64,000 nucleotides of DNA from Thermovirgaceae bacterium (GTDB lineage Bacteria; Synergistota; Synergistia; Synergistales; Thermovirgaceae), in contig JAXGNU010000004.1 in assembly GCA_040767805.1 (NCBI GenBank), positions 96,001 to 160,000 of the forward strand, in the 5' to 3' direction. Both the position numbers and the translations under genes were made by a program. The notes beneath the pieces were generated by a model. That model ran no database searches, was not told the origin of the DNA, and was given only the letters and a program-made list of their open reading frames with translations. This document shows positions 28,084-37,458 of this stretch, in pieces; the stretch's first letter is position 1; every line of letters starts with the position of its first letter.

Positions 28084-29493
28084 GAGGCAACTCGGGCCAC
28101 CTGTTGCCTCATATAAGAATCTAAGTGAAAGCTATTCGTTGCCTCATGGAAAAATCTAGGCGACCTTGCCTGAGTCGATCTCGTTGCCTGCAAGAGTCCT
28201 GTTTTTGTTCCTGAAGGCCCTGTTTAGCCTTGACTTGAGCCTGTCGATCTCTTTCTTCAGGTCTGCAGGGTTGAGTGAGTCGAACTGCCCCCTCAGGTTG
28301 GATTTTACCTCTTCCGCGACGTGATCAGAGTCCAGCAGACGCTGACAGGGTGTTTTGGGCGTGTCGTAGCTCTTTTTGACCTTCGCTCCGGTCCTCGTCT
28401 TCGATATCAGCTTCGCCGAAGGGAGGAAGAAGTTAACGTAAAGCCTGTAAACGTCATAGAGCTCATTCAGGGCCTTTACCTCACCTTCCGTATCGTACCT
28501 GGCATACCCTGCCACCCTTCTTGCCACTGACCAGTTCTTCTGCTCCACGTAGCAGTTGTCGTTCTTGTTCCCTGCCCTTGACCTTGTGAAGGTTATCCTT
28601 TCGTCTTCGCAGTACTTTTGCAGGTGGTGGTTTATGAAGGTCGAATCGTTGTCCGAATCTATCCCGCAAAGAGGGAAGGGGAGACGACTCCTGATAGCCT
28701 TCAACGCCTCCATGGTCCAGATCCTCGCCCTGTTCCTGACGGCCATCAGCTCGGTCCACCCCGACGCGACGTCCGTTACGTCCAGCGTGAAGGCGAACTC
28801 TCCGCTTGAACATCCCCCCTCATGGGACACCAGGTCTATCTCCACGAAGCCGGGCTTGTCCTCATCCCAGTCGGCAAAGGTCCGTATCGGTATCTTGTGC
28901 TTCAGCAGTGTCCCGGGCTTGGTGGAGGAACGCTCCTTCAGGCGGAGCTTTCTCTTCCGGTCCGCCAGCATGCGGTCTATGGTTGCCGCAGACACGGACA
29001 TGACCTTGAGCCTCCGGTCATCGTCAAGGAAGAGATCCTTCGTCGCCTCAAGTTTAGGGACCAGCCATGGAATGGCAGCGGCAAGCCTCTTGCCGCAGAT
29101 GTAGTCCATCATCTTCCACAGTGTCGCCACTGCATCCGCAACCTCCCTGTCGTAGGTCCTCTTCCTCTTCCTGCGGACCTTGCTGTCCTTCCTGTCGGCC
29201 TCAAGGATGAACCGGGTGCCCCTCTTGGACTCCATGTATAGGCGCTTGCCGAAGAGGGTAAGGAGGTGCGAAGCGTAGTCACGGTTGTAGCCTGTTATCT
29301 CCGTAATCCTGTCCAGGATCTGCCCCTTATCCTTCTTCGATGCCTTGCGGTACTTATCCGCCGACTTGACGATAACTTCCCTTCTGGAAACCATCGAGAG
29401 CCTCACCCGTCCTTCCCCCTTCCCTCCGGGGCATGCCCTTCGGGAAGATGCTATACCTTTCGCATAGATTCTCAGGTGAGGCAACTCGGGCCA
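28084..29493 (-). mobile_element. Insertion sequence (ISNCY-like, integrase-core DDE transposase)
   Basis: Lower GC than the flanks. 29-bp imperfect IRs at 28103-28131 and 29457-29485 (23/29 identical). 16-bp direct repeat GAGGCAACTCGGGCCA at 28084-28099 and 29478-29493. Confidence 0.85.
28156..29406 (-). CDS. Transposase, rve/integrase catalytic domain
   Basis: PGFVEIDLVSH, GIDSDNDSTF and NDNCYVEQKN supply a D-D-E triad; SAATIDR.L helix; probable GTG start at 29406. Confidence 0.92.
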   Translation of the reverse strand: MRLSMVSRREVIVKSADKYRKASKKDKGQILDRITEITGYNRDYASHLLTLFGKRLYMESKRGTRFILEADRKDSKVRRKRKRTYDREVADAVATLWKMMDYICGKRLAAAIPWLVPKLEATKDLFLDDDRRLKVMSVSAATIDRMLADRKRKLRLKERSSTKPGTLLKHKIPIRTFADWDEDKPGFVEIDLVSHEGGCSSGEFAFTLDVTDVASGWTELMAVRNRARIWTMEALKAIRSRLPFPLCGIDSDNDSTFINHHLQKYCEDERITFTRSRAGNKNDNCYVEQKNWSVARRVAGYARYDTEGEVKALNELYDVYRLYVNFFLPSAKLISKTRTGAKVKKSYDTPKTPCQRLLDSDHVAEEVKSNLRGQFDSLNPADLKKEIDRLKSRLNRAFRNKNRTLAGNEIDSGKVA

Positions 29494-29522
29494 TTGACAA
29501 ATGCCCCGGGGCGTTATACTAT
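29494..29522 (+). promoter_or_regulatory. Sigma70-type promoter upstream of the leader peptide
   Basis: TTGACA-17 bp-TACTAT, directly adjoining the IS direct repeat. Confidence 0.6.
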
Positions 29523-29570
29523 GCTGCAAACGCCAGGAACGGCCAACCCTTAATAAAGGAGGGAAACCGC

Positions 29571-29675
29571 GTGAAGGACAGGGTCCAGGGCTCCGTTGCA
29601 GTGACCGGCAATACCGCCATTATCGTCCTCGTTCTTACGTGGGGGTCCCCTCCTGGGGCGGCCGTCGCGCTGTAG
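29571..29675 (+). CDS. Putative Ile/Val/Leu-rich leader peptide (34 aa)
   Basis: TAAAGGAGG RBS plus GTG; MKDRVQGSVAVTGNTAIIVLVLTWGSPPGAAVAL; followed by a terminator. Confidence 0.65.
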   Translation: MKDRVQGSVAVTGNTAIIVLVLTWGSPPGAAVAL

Positions 29676-29695
29676 GCGCGTAACCGCAGACCGGG

Positions 29696-29733
29696 ACCGG
29701 GGCCCCCTTTCAACGAGGGGGCCCCGGTTTTTT
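29696..29733 (+). terminator. Rho-independent terminator (attenuator hairpin)
   Basis: ACCGGGGCCCCCT-ttcaacg-AGGGGGCCCCGGT followed by a T-run. Confidence 0.88.
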
Positions 29734-29782
29734 ATTGGGTTCGCGGCAGTCCTGGAGGATCGACCGGAAGGGGAGAGGAGAA

Positions 29783-29938
29783 ATGCAAAACGCGAGAGGT
29801 GTTTTTATGAACCAGGTCCCGGCGACGACGTGTGACAAGGTGCCGACGGTGGAACCGGGGAACCGACACAGCCAGGATCAGTATTCCCAGGATCTTTTTG
29901 ATCCTAAGTGGAGGGGTCCCTTCGAAGGGTATAGATAG
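29783..29938 (+). other. Short ORF with RBS downstream of the attenuator (possible remnant)
   Basis: GAGGAG then ATG; 51 aa; no recognisable motif. Confidence 0.3.
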
Positions 29939-30081
29939 GTATGCGAATCCCATAAGTCCGTGAGGAGGGTGGCGATCGTAGCCCCAGAGCTTGAAACCCC
30001 CGCCCGCCCTCGACCGCCTGGGCCTCCCCATTTCGCGCCGAGCACCCATCCTGCTATCATTGGGTGGGAGGTAGAACCCGC

Positions 30082-32997
30082 ATGGCGATCACGGTCACCG
30101 GGTATCACCGGGCCAGGGATATCGAGGGGGAATTGGCCCGGCTGGGAAGCGGGCGCGACCCGTCCCCGGTCTTCCTTGTCCCTTCCACGGGGGACAGGGA
30201 ACTCCTCCGCGACATCATCCTAGAAAAAGTCTCCTTCGGGCCTTCGGAGCCGCCCATCCTCCGCTGGGAGGACCTTTACAGGGAGGCGGCGCGAGAGATG
30301 GACGTGCCCCGGGGGGCGAGGCGAAGGCAGATAGACCCGCCCGACCACTGGCTTATCGTCCGGCATGTCCTGGAACGCCTCAAGGCAAGGGTCGAGGAGG
30401 CGGCCATCCCCGCCGGGGCGAGGCACGGCGGCTTCATCTGGACCCTCGGCGAGGACCTCAGGGAACTGCTCAGGGAAGAGGTCCGGCCCGGTATCCTGGC
30501 CCAGTCCATGGGGTGCGACCAGCGGTGCCAGGGGTCGGACTGCCCGAAGCTCCCCGACCCGGGAGCGCTTCTTTGCCGGCTTTACCGGGACTACCTGGAA
30601 TACCTGGACGCCCACTCCCTGGCCGACAGCGCCCAGACCGCCACCGTGATAGCCCGGACCCTGGAAGAAGACCCACCCAGGGCCGCGGCGTGGGTCGGCG
30701 GAAGGGACTTCGTCTTCGTGGGCTTCATGAGTTTCACCCGCTCCCAGTTGAGCCTCATCGGCGTGCTCTCGAGGCTGGGCGCGAGGGTCAGGGTCTTCAT
30801 GCCCGAGAGCGGCTTGCAGTACCACGATGCCAGGGCCCAACTCCTCGGCGACGACCCCGCCGCCCTCCCGATAAAGGCCTTCGACCCCATCCCCTTTCTG
30901 ACCGTCGTCGCCGGGGATCCCCGGCTGGAACTGGAGACCCTAGCCAGGAACCTCGCCCTTTGGAGGGCCGGCAAGGGGGAACTCCAGGCGAGACTCGGCA
31001 TCCCCTTTCCCGGGTGGGGCGAGATAGGGCTTTCACTGGACGCTCCCAGGCTGGGGCTCGCCGTGGAGGTCCTCTCCCGCTACCGGATCCCCCATACCCT
31101 CCGGGGAGGGCCCAGCGTGTCGGAGACGGCCCTTTGGAAGACCGCCTCTTCCGTCATCGAGGCCGCCGCCCTGGGCTTCCCCCCGGAGGAGACGTCCCAC
31201 ATCCTGGCTCAGCCCTGGGTCACCCCCGACGGTTTCGACCTCAGGGACACCCTCAGCCTGGGACCCCGTGGAGAGAAGGGGTGGAGGGATCACCTCCGGA
31301 ACCGGGGGGACCGGGAAGCCCTATCGTTTTTCGACAGGATGGAGGCCTTCGTTTCGGTCGTGGAAAAGGGCGCCCGCCCTTCAGCCCTCCTCCGTTCACT
31401 GGGAGACCTCGCCGGCGATGCTGCCGGGGTCGGCCTCTCCCGCTTCATCATCGACCACCCCTCCCTCGATGAGTCCGCGAGGCACCTGAACGCGGCCCTC
31501 GAGGAACTGGAGCATAAACTGGAGCAGACGGCCGAGATGGAAAACGCCATAGGGCCGGCGGGGACCGTCATCCTGCGGGGGAGCGACGCCGCGGCGTTCC
31601 TTTCGGCATGGAGCGAACATTCCACGGTCCGGCAGCCTCCAGGGACGAGAGACAGCCTCACCCTTTACGCCGGGGGCGTACCGGTGCTGGCCCACCACAA
31701 GGTCTTCATCCTGACCGGACTCACGGCGGACGCCTGGCCGGGCAGGCTCTGGGAGTCGCCCCTGCTGGACGACGGCCGCAAGGAGGCTATCCACGGGAAC
31801 CCCGAAACGGGGCTTTCGCCCTCCCACCTCCCCCTGCTGAAGGAAAAGAGGAGCCAGCGGGAAGCTATGCTGCTGAGGATGATCGCCTCGGCCGACGAGG
31901 TCTGCGTAGGGTCCCGGCCGAACCAGGACGACCCGGGAAGGCCCCTCCAGCCCTCGGTCTTCATCACGTCAGCCCTGGCGGGGCCGCGGCCTTGGGCGAC
32001 CGAGGTCGGCGGAGACCCTCCCCTTTGGAGGTCGATGAAGGATGTCATCCCCGGCGAGGGTGAGCCCGCCATAGCCGGCATCGAAGCCCGGGCATCGGAC
32101 CCACCCTTCAGGCCCTCCAGGCTCCTGGAGATCCCCCCGCCGACGCCCTGGCCCGAGGGGGCGGCGAAGAGGGTCCCGGTGAGCGGCATTGACACCTGGA
32201 GGGATTGCCCCTTCAAGTACTACGCCGAAAAGGTCCTGCGGATCGAAAGGCCCCACCCCTGGGGCTTCGACGCCGCCAGGGCGGGGAACGTCGCCCACGC
32301 CCTCTGGGAAAAGTCCTGGGCTGAGAGGATGGCCACCGGGGAAAACCTGCCGGCACTGGCGCTGAAGCACTGGGAGGCCGCCCTCTCGGAACAGTACCCG
32401 GAACTGGCGCAATTCCCCGTGCGCCTCGAGCTGTTCAGGGAGCATACCTTCAGGATGGCCGCCCTCCAGCAGGAACTGGACGACGCTGGGCTCGCCGCGG
32501 CAAGGGTCTCCCAGCAGAGGGAACAACTGCTGGAAATGGAGATCGGCGGGGTGCTCTTCCGTGGGAAGTTCGACCGCGTGGACCTTCTCGACGACGGTTC
32601 GGCCCTGGTCTTCGACTACAAGACGGGAAGGTCCGACAACCTGGCCGCTTCGCTCCAGTTGCCGGCCTACGCGGTGATACTCCAGAGGACGAGGGAGGTC
32701 CCCGTCTCGGGCTACGCCTACCTGTCCCAGAGGGACCGCTCCTTCACGGGACGCCTCGAGGGCCGGTCCCGAAAGGTTCTTCCCGGGTGGGGGGGCCGAT
32801 CAGGGGGCAAACTGGAGGTCGTGATCGAGAAGGCCCGGGAGAGGCTCCAGGCCATGGCGGAGTCCGTCGCGGCGAGCGACTTTCCCCCGAACTACGATAA
32901 CGACAAGGTCTGCCGGTACTGCGACTTCCAGGACCTCTGCCGGAGGAAAGAGTCCCCACGGGTGGACCGAGGTGAGGAAGATGGCAACGGTAGCTGA
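30082..32997 (+). CDS. addB: AddB-like helicase/nuclease subunit with C-terminal PD-(D/E)XK nuclease
   Basis: Inactive helicase-like N-terminus; CPFKYY, GKFDRVD, DYKTG, QL..Y and C..C.....C. Confidence 0.8.
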   Translation: MAITVTGYHRARDIEGELARLGSGRDPSPVFLVPSTGDRELLRDIILEKVSFGPSEPPILRWEDLYREAAREMDVPRGARRRQIDPPDHWLIVRHVLERLKARVEEAAIPAGARHGGFIWTLGEDLRELLREEVRPGILAQSMGCDQRCQGSDCPKLPDPGALLCRLYRDYLEYLDAHSLADSAQTATVIARTLEEDPPRAAAWVGGRDFVFVGFMSFTRSQLSLIGVLSRLGARVRVFMPESGLQYHDARAQLLGDDPAALPIKAFDPIPFLTVVAGDPRLELETLARNLALWRAGKGELQARLGIPFPGWGEIGLSLDAPRLGLAVEVLSRYRIPHTLRGGPSVSETALWKTASSVIEAAALGFPPEETSHILAQPWVTPDGFDLRDTLSLGPRGEKGWRDHLRNRGDREALSFFDRMEAFVSVVEKGARPSALLRSLGDLAGDAAGVGLSRFIIDHPSLDESARHLNAALEELEHKLEQTAEMENAIGPAGTVILRGSDAAAFLSAWSEHSTVRQPPGTRDSLTLYAGGVPVLAHHKVFILTGLTADAWPGRLWESPLLDDGRKEAIHGNPETGLSPSHLPLLKEKRSQREAMLLRMIASADEVCVGSRPNQDDPGRPLQPSVFITSALAGPRPWATEVGGDPPLWRSMKDVIPGEGEPAIAGIEARASDPPFRPSRLLEIPPPTPWPEGAAKRVPVSGIDTWRDCPFKYYAEKVLRIERPHPWGFDAARAGNVAHALWEKSWAERMATGENLPALALKHWEAALSEQYPELAQFPVRLELFREHTFRMAALQQELDDAGLAAARVSQQREQLLEMEIGGVLFRGKFDRVDLLDDGSALVFDYKTGRSDNLAASLQLPAYAVILQRTREVPVSGYAYLSQRDRSFTGRLEGRSRKVLPGWGGRSGGKLEVVIEKARERLQAMAESVAASDFPPNYDNDKVCRYCDFQDLCRRKESPRVDRGEEDGNGS

Positions 32998-35900
32998 GAT
33001 CTTCAAAAGGTACCTCGAGGAAAAAGCCCGCCTCGAGCCGGAGCAGGTCAAGGCCGTCATGCGCGACGGACCACTGGTGGTCGTCAGCGCAGGGGCCGGG
33101 ACGGGGAAGACGCTGACCCTCTCCTGGAGGTTCCTCCGCCTGGTCGTCGTCGACGGCGTACCCCTGGAGAGGATACTGACCATCACCTTCACCGAGAAGG
33201 CCGCCCTGGAGATGCGCGAGAGGATCCGCGGGCTCCTGGGGGAGGCCAGGGACGGGATCCCCGCTTTCTCCGAACGGGCCGGCGACGCCCTCTCCCGGCT
33301 GGATGAGGCCTACATCTCCACCATCCACGCCTTCTCGATGAGGATCCTGAAAGAATCCGGCCTCTCTGTCGACGTGGACCCCGGCATTCGGCTTATCACC
33401 CCCCCGGAGGAGAACTCCTTCTGGCAGCGCCTGGAGAGGTCCATGGACCGGGAGGAAATGGGCCCGCTCGCAGGGACGCTCAGCGGCAAGTGGCGGGAGA
33501 GGGCGAGGGAGGTCTTCTCGTCGAGGCGGACCTACGACCTGGTGGACGCCTTCGGCGCCGGCGGCATCGTCGGCGCGTCCTCCTCCGCCATACCCCTCTT
33601 CGAGAGCAAGAACCTCGATCCGGAGGCCCTGTGGGAGTGGGCCGAGGGCCTCCCCGAAAGGGACGGGGAACTCGCCCGCCGGCTCCGGGAAGAGTATACC
33701 CCCCTGTGGCGCCGGGCCTGGGTGGACTGGATGGAAGATATCCTCCCCGGCGCCGGGGGGCTGGAAAGGTTCCTCGGCGACAATAAGCAATTCTCGGCCA
33801 GGGTGGCAGACTTCATGAGGACCTGGGACAAGGAGCCCGGCGACGAAGACCTGCCCCGCTTCGTGATAGACCTCCTGGATGAGGGTCTGCTGAAGGATCT
33901 CAGGGGAGGAAAAAGCAAGGAGGATGTCAATGAGCTCGCCTTGACCGTCACCGGCCAGGATTTGGGAGAATACCGGGAGGACCACCGCAAGGCCTGGTCC
34001 GCGGCAGCCCGGTGGGTCACCGGGGATGTATCCCCCCTGGAGACGGAGATGAGGGCCCTGCTGCTCAAGATCATCGCCCTCTCCTGGGAATTGTTCCGCG
34101 CCGCCAAGTCGGCCGGGGGGACCCTGTCTTTTGACGACATGATCAGCCGGGCCCTGCAGGTCGTGACGGCGGAGCCCTCCCTCCCGGGCAAATTTCTCCA
34201 CGTCATCGTCGACGAGTTCCAGGACACCAACGCCCTGCAGGACGACCTCCTCTCGGCCCTCGTACCCCAAGGCAGGGGCAGCCTCTTCCTGGTGGGCGAC
34301 CTCCAGCAGTCCATCTACCGGTTCCGCCATGCCGAGCCGGCCATCTTCCTTAAAAGAGCGATGGAGGCCTTCCAGGGCGACCCCGGCTCCCTGGTGAACC
34401 TCGACGTGACCTTCCGCTCGAGGCAGGCCGTCATGGACGCCGTCAACAGCCTCTTCGGCCACGTGTGGAGGGAGGGCGTCACCAAGGCCCTGGAGAGTAA
34501 GTTCTCCCGGCTGGCCCCCCCGAGTTCGCGGGACTGGTGGCCGAAACGCCAGGAGACCACCGTGAAACCCTTCGAGATCGTGATCCCCGCGGGCGAGGAG
34601 CCGCCCGCGAAGGCGAAGATCGGTGAAATACGACTCTCGGCGATGCGCCTCCTCGCCGACAGGATCGTCGGGGCCGTGGACTCGGGGGCCACCGTGTGGG
34701 ATACCGACGGCGAGGGGTCCTTCGCGCCCAGGCCCGCCCGTTTCCGGGATTTCGCCGTGCTGGTGCCGTCGAGGACCTTCTACGACCAGATCGAGCAGGT
34801 CTTCATCGATGAAAGGGGCATACCCACCTACTTCGAGGGCAACCGGAACTACTTCGGCCGGGGCGAGGTCAGGGACGCCGTGAGGCTCCTCGAGGCCCTG
34901 GCCGACCCCGGCGACCCGCTGGCCATGGCCTCCTTCCTGGCCTCGCCGCTGAGCGGCCTGTCGCCGGGAGTATCGGCCCGGCTCATCGCGAGGTCGCGGG
35001 CGGACGGTTCCGACCTCCCGGCCCTCCTGGCCGAAGAGCACCCTCTTGAAGCTTCCCGTTTTGAAAGGCTCCGGCGGGAAGGGCTCGCGGCGGGCCCGTC
35101 CCGCCCTCTGGCCACCCTGCTCGAGGACGATTCGGCCCTGCTCTCCAGCGAGGGCTGGAAGCGGCCCCGGGTGGCGGCCAATCTCCGAAGGGCCATAGAC
35201 CTTGCCCGGGAGTACGAAGAAGGCCTGGGCATGAGCCTCGCGGGCTGCGCGGGCTACCTCCGCGACATGACCCGCAGAGGGATCGAGACCCGGGAGGCTG
35301 ACACCCTCGGCGAGGACGACGACATGGTGAGGGTCATGACGGTCCACGCCGCGAAGGGGCTGGAGTTCCCCGTGGTGGCCGTGACGGGGCTCGAACTGGC
35401 GCCGAGGACCCGGGAGCAGGGGGTGAGGCTCGTGGCCTCCCCACACCTGGGCATCGCCGCCACGGCCTTGCCGGAGGGCTGGGGAGAGGGCGGAGAGGGA
35501 GAGCTCCTCGCCGGGGCCATCCACGACCTGTTCGAAAACCGGGAGACCTTGGAGGAAAAACAGAGGCTCCTCTACGTGGCCTGCACCAGGGCGAGGGACT
35601 CGCTCATCCTCTGCGGGGCCTCCCCCCGGACCGAGGAAGGGGAGCTCCGCCTGAATAAGCATTCCTGGCTGGAGACCGTGATGGACTGGGCCGAAAGCGA
35701 CGGCGCCGGCCCGCCCGAGCCGGAGCCCCCCGCCGAAAGGGCCGCCCGGCGGAGAAAGGCCGCCCCGGCCCCAAAGGGTGAAAATATCTCCCTCCCCCCG
35801 GAGAAAGGCGGGGCCCTGGAGAAGATCAGCGCCACGGCCTACGCCCTTCTCAGGTTTTGCCCCTACGCCTTCAGGATGAGGCACAGGCAGGGCCTGGACA

Positions 35901-36574
35901 TCTCCTGGGAGATGCCCTCCGATGACGTGGGCGGGGCCGACCTGGGGAGCCTGGCCCACTGGCTGCTGCGCCGGTGGGACCTCCGGCCGGAAACGCTCTC
36001 CCTCTACGACCCCCTCCGGGACGGGGGCGGCCTGGGGGAACTCCTCCCCGCCGACCTGAGGCCGGTCTGGGCCGACCCCGCGAAGAGAGTCCCCCTCATG
36101 GGCTGGCTCGAGCGTTTCGCCTCCTCCCCCCTGGCGGAGAGGATCAGGAACGGGGAGGACACCCGGAAGGAAGTCCCCTTCAGGGTGCGCCTCGACAACG
36201 GCGCCCTCATGGTGGGGGTCATCGACGTCATCTGGAGGGAGGGCGAAAAGACCTTTATCAGGGATTACAAGATCGGCCGGGTCGAAAACGCGCCGGGGGA
36301 ACTCTACCGGTCCCAGCTGCTCTTTTACGCCCTCGCCGCCAGGAAGCACTTCGGCGGGTCTCCGCTGGACCTGGCCCTCCTGTCGCTGAAGGAGAACCGG
36401 GAAATCCCCGTGGGGAAGGATCCCTTCTCCTGGGAGGACCTGGAAGAGGACATCGCCTCGGCGGCCCGCCAGGGAGCGTCGGGGCCCTTCGAACCTTCCC
36501 TGAAGAGATGCCCCCTGTGCCCCTGGAAGGGTGAATGCCTCCTGGGGCGGGAGTGGACAAAAGGGGCCATGTGA
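32981..36574 (+). CDS. addA: AddA-like UvrD helicase with C-terminal nuclease
   Basis: SAGAGTGKT, TFTEKAA.EM, VDEFQDT, VGD..QSIYRFR, MTVHAAKGLEFP, LYVA.TRA and GVID...DYK. Confidence 0.88.
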   Translation: MATVAEIFKRYLEEKARLEPEQVKAVMRDGPLVVVSAGAGTGKTLTLSWRFLRLVVVDGVPLERILTITFTEKAALEMRERIRGLLGEARDGIPAFSERAGDALSRLDEAYISTIHAFSMRILKESGLSVDVDPGIRLITPPEENSFWQRLERSMDREEMGPLAGTLSGKWRERAREVFSSRRTYDLVDAFGAGGIVGASSSAIPLFESKNLDPEALWEWAEGLPERDGELARRLREEYTPLWRRAWVDWMEDILPGAGGLERFLGDNKQFSARVADFMRTWDKEPGDEDLPRFVIDLLDEGLLKDLRGGKSKEDVNELALTVTGQDLGEYREDHRKAWSAAARWVTGDVSPLETEMRALLLKIIALSWELFRAAKSAGGTLSFDDMISRALQVVTAEPSLPGKFLHVIVDEFQDTNALQDDLLSALVPQGRGSLFLVGDLQQSIYRFRHAEPAIFLKRAMEAFQGDPGSLVNLDVTFRSRQAVMDAVNSLFGHVWREGVTKALESKFSRLAPPSSRDWWPKRQETTVKPFEIVIPAGEEPPAKAKIGEIRLSAMRLLADRIVGAVDSGATVWDTDGEGSFAPRPARFRDFAVLVPSRTFYDQIEQVFIDERGIPTYFEGNRNYFGRGEVRDAVRLLEALADPGDPLAMASFLASPLSGLSPGVSARLIARSRADGSDLPALLAEEHPLEASRFERLRREGLAAGPSRPLATLLEDDSALLSSEGWKRPRVAANLRRAIDLAREYEEGLGMSLAGCAGYLRDMTRRGIETREADTLGEDDDMVRVMTVHAAKGLEFPVVAVTGLELAPRTREQGVRLVASPHLGIAATALPEGWGEGGEGELLAGAIHDLFENRETLEEKQRLLYVACTRARDSLILCGASPRTEEGELRLNKHSWLETVMDWAESDGAGPPEPEPPAERAARRRKAAPAPKGENISLPPEKGGALEKISATAYALLRFCPYAFRMRHRQGLDISWEMPSDDVGGADLGSLAHWLLRRWDLRPETLSLYDPLRDGGGLGELLPADLRPVWADPAKRVPLMGWLERFASSPLAERIRNGEDTRKEVPFRVRLDNGALMVGVIDVIWREGEKTFIRDYKIGRVENAPGELYRSQLLFYALAARKHFGGSPLDLALLSLKENREIPVGKDPFSWEDLEEDIASAARQGASGPFEPSLKRCPLCPWKGECLLGREWTKGAM

Positions 36575-36626
36575 TATCATTGCCCCGTACCCATACCGGA
36601 CGGCGACAGGGAGGGATGACCACTCC

Positions 36627-37445
36627 ATGGTGTACGGCCGAGCCGCCCTGGCATTAGCCATAATGCTGCTGCCGGGGACCTGCGTCCCGTCGGCGGCCGG
36701 GGAACTGCCCTGGGCGGAGCACCCGGTCCGGCAAGGCGAGACCCTGGACTCGATAGCGGAACAGTACCCTGTCGATAGTTGCTGCATCCGGCGGGCCAAC
36801 GAACTCAACGGAGAGATCCCCCCGGTGGGGATGACCCTGCTGGTCCCCCAAAGCGACGGGCAGTTGCTCGAGACCCTGGCCGAGGTCCGTGCCAGGCGCA
36901 GGGGGGAGACCACCGCCGACCGTTACTTCGACGAGGATGACCGGCCCGGCCAGGCCCCGGTGACGGCATCGCCGCGGGCGGACAGATCACGGCGGGAATA
37001 CCCGGGGATCGAAGACCTCATCGCCCTCGCGAGGGGATCGGCCGCCGAGGCGGCCGTCATCACCCGCCCCCAGCTCTCGTGGCCCGTCGAAGGGGTCGTC
37101 TTTTCGCCCTTCGGCCCCAGGCGGGGGAGGTTCCACTGCGGCATAGACATATCCGCCCCAAGAGGCACGCCCATCCGGGCGGCGGCCCCGGGGACCGTCG
37201 CCAGGGCGGCCACGAGGAGGGGCTTCGGGAAGTCCATCCTCATCGACCACGGCGGCGGGATGATGACCCGCTATTCCCACTGCGACACCATGCTCTGCAA
37301 GGCCGGAGACAAGGTCTCCGCCGGCCAGGTCATCGGGAAGGTGGGCAGGACGGGCAGGACCACGGGGCCCCACCTACACTTCGAGGTGGTCATCGACGGA
37401 AAGCACCGGGACCCTCAAAAGCACTTGCCCCCGCGGGGCGACTAG
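36627..37445 (+). CDS. LysM / M23 family metallopeptidase
   Basis: V..GETL.SIA LysM; H.GIDI, Y.H and TG..TGPHLHFEV. Confidence 0.92.
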   Translation: MVYGRAALALAIMLLPGTCVPSAAGELPWAEHPVRQGETLDSIAEQYPVDSCCIRRANELNGEIPPVGMTLLVPQSDGQLLETLAEVRARRRGETTADRYFDEDDRPGQAPVTASPRADRSRREYPGIEDLIALARGSAAEAAVITRPQLSWPVEGVVFSPFGPRRGRFHCGIDISAPRGTPIRAAAPGTVARAATRRGFGKSILIDHGGGMMTRYSHCDTMLCKAGDKVSAGQVIGKVGRTGRTTGPHLHFEVVIDGKHRDPQKHLPPRGD

Positions 37446-37458
37446 GGAGGGATGGATC

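Noticed and set aside
29407..29485. Guide/bridge RNA in the IS non-coding end
   Set aside because: The non-coding end is under 100 bp, and the protein is an rve-type DDE enzyme, not IS110 or TnpB.
30082..32997. Cas4 or a defence nuclease
   Set aside because: The four-Cys PD-(D/E)XK domain is the C-terminus of an AddB-sized protein paired with an AddA-like helicase.
32744..36913. 1389-aa minus-strand ORF
   Set aside because: Antisense shadow of addA caused by high GC3; no motifs of its own.
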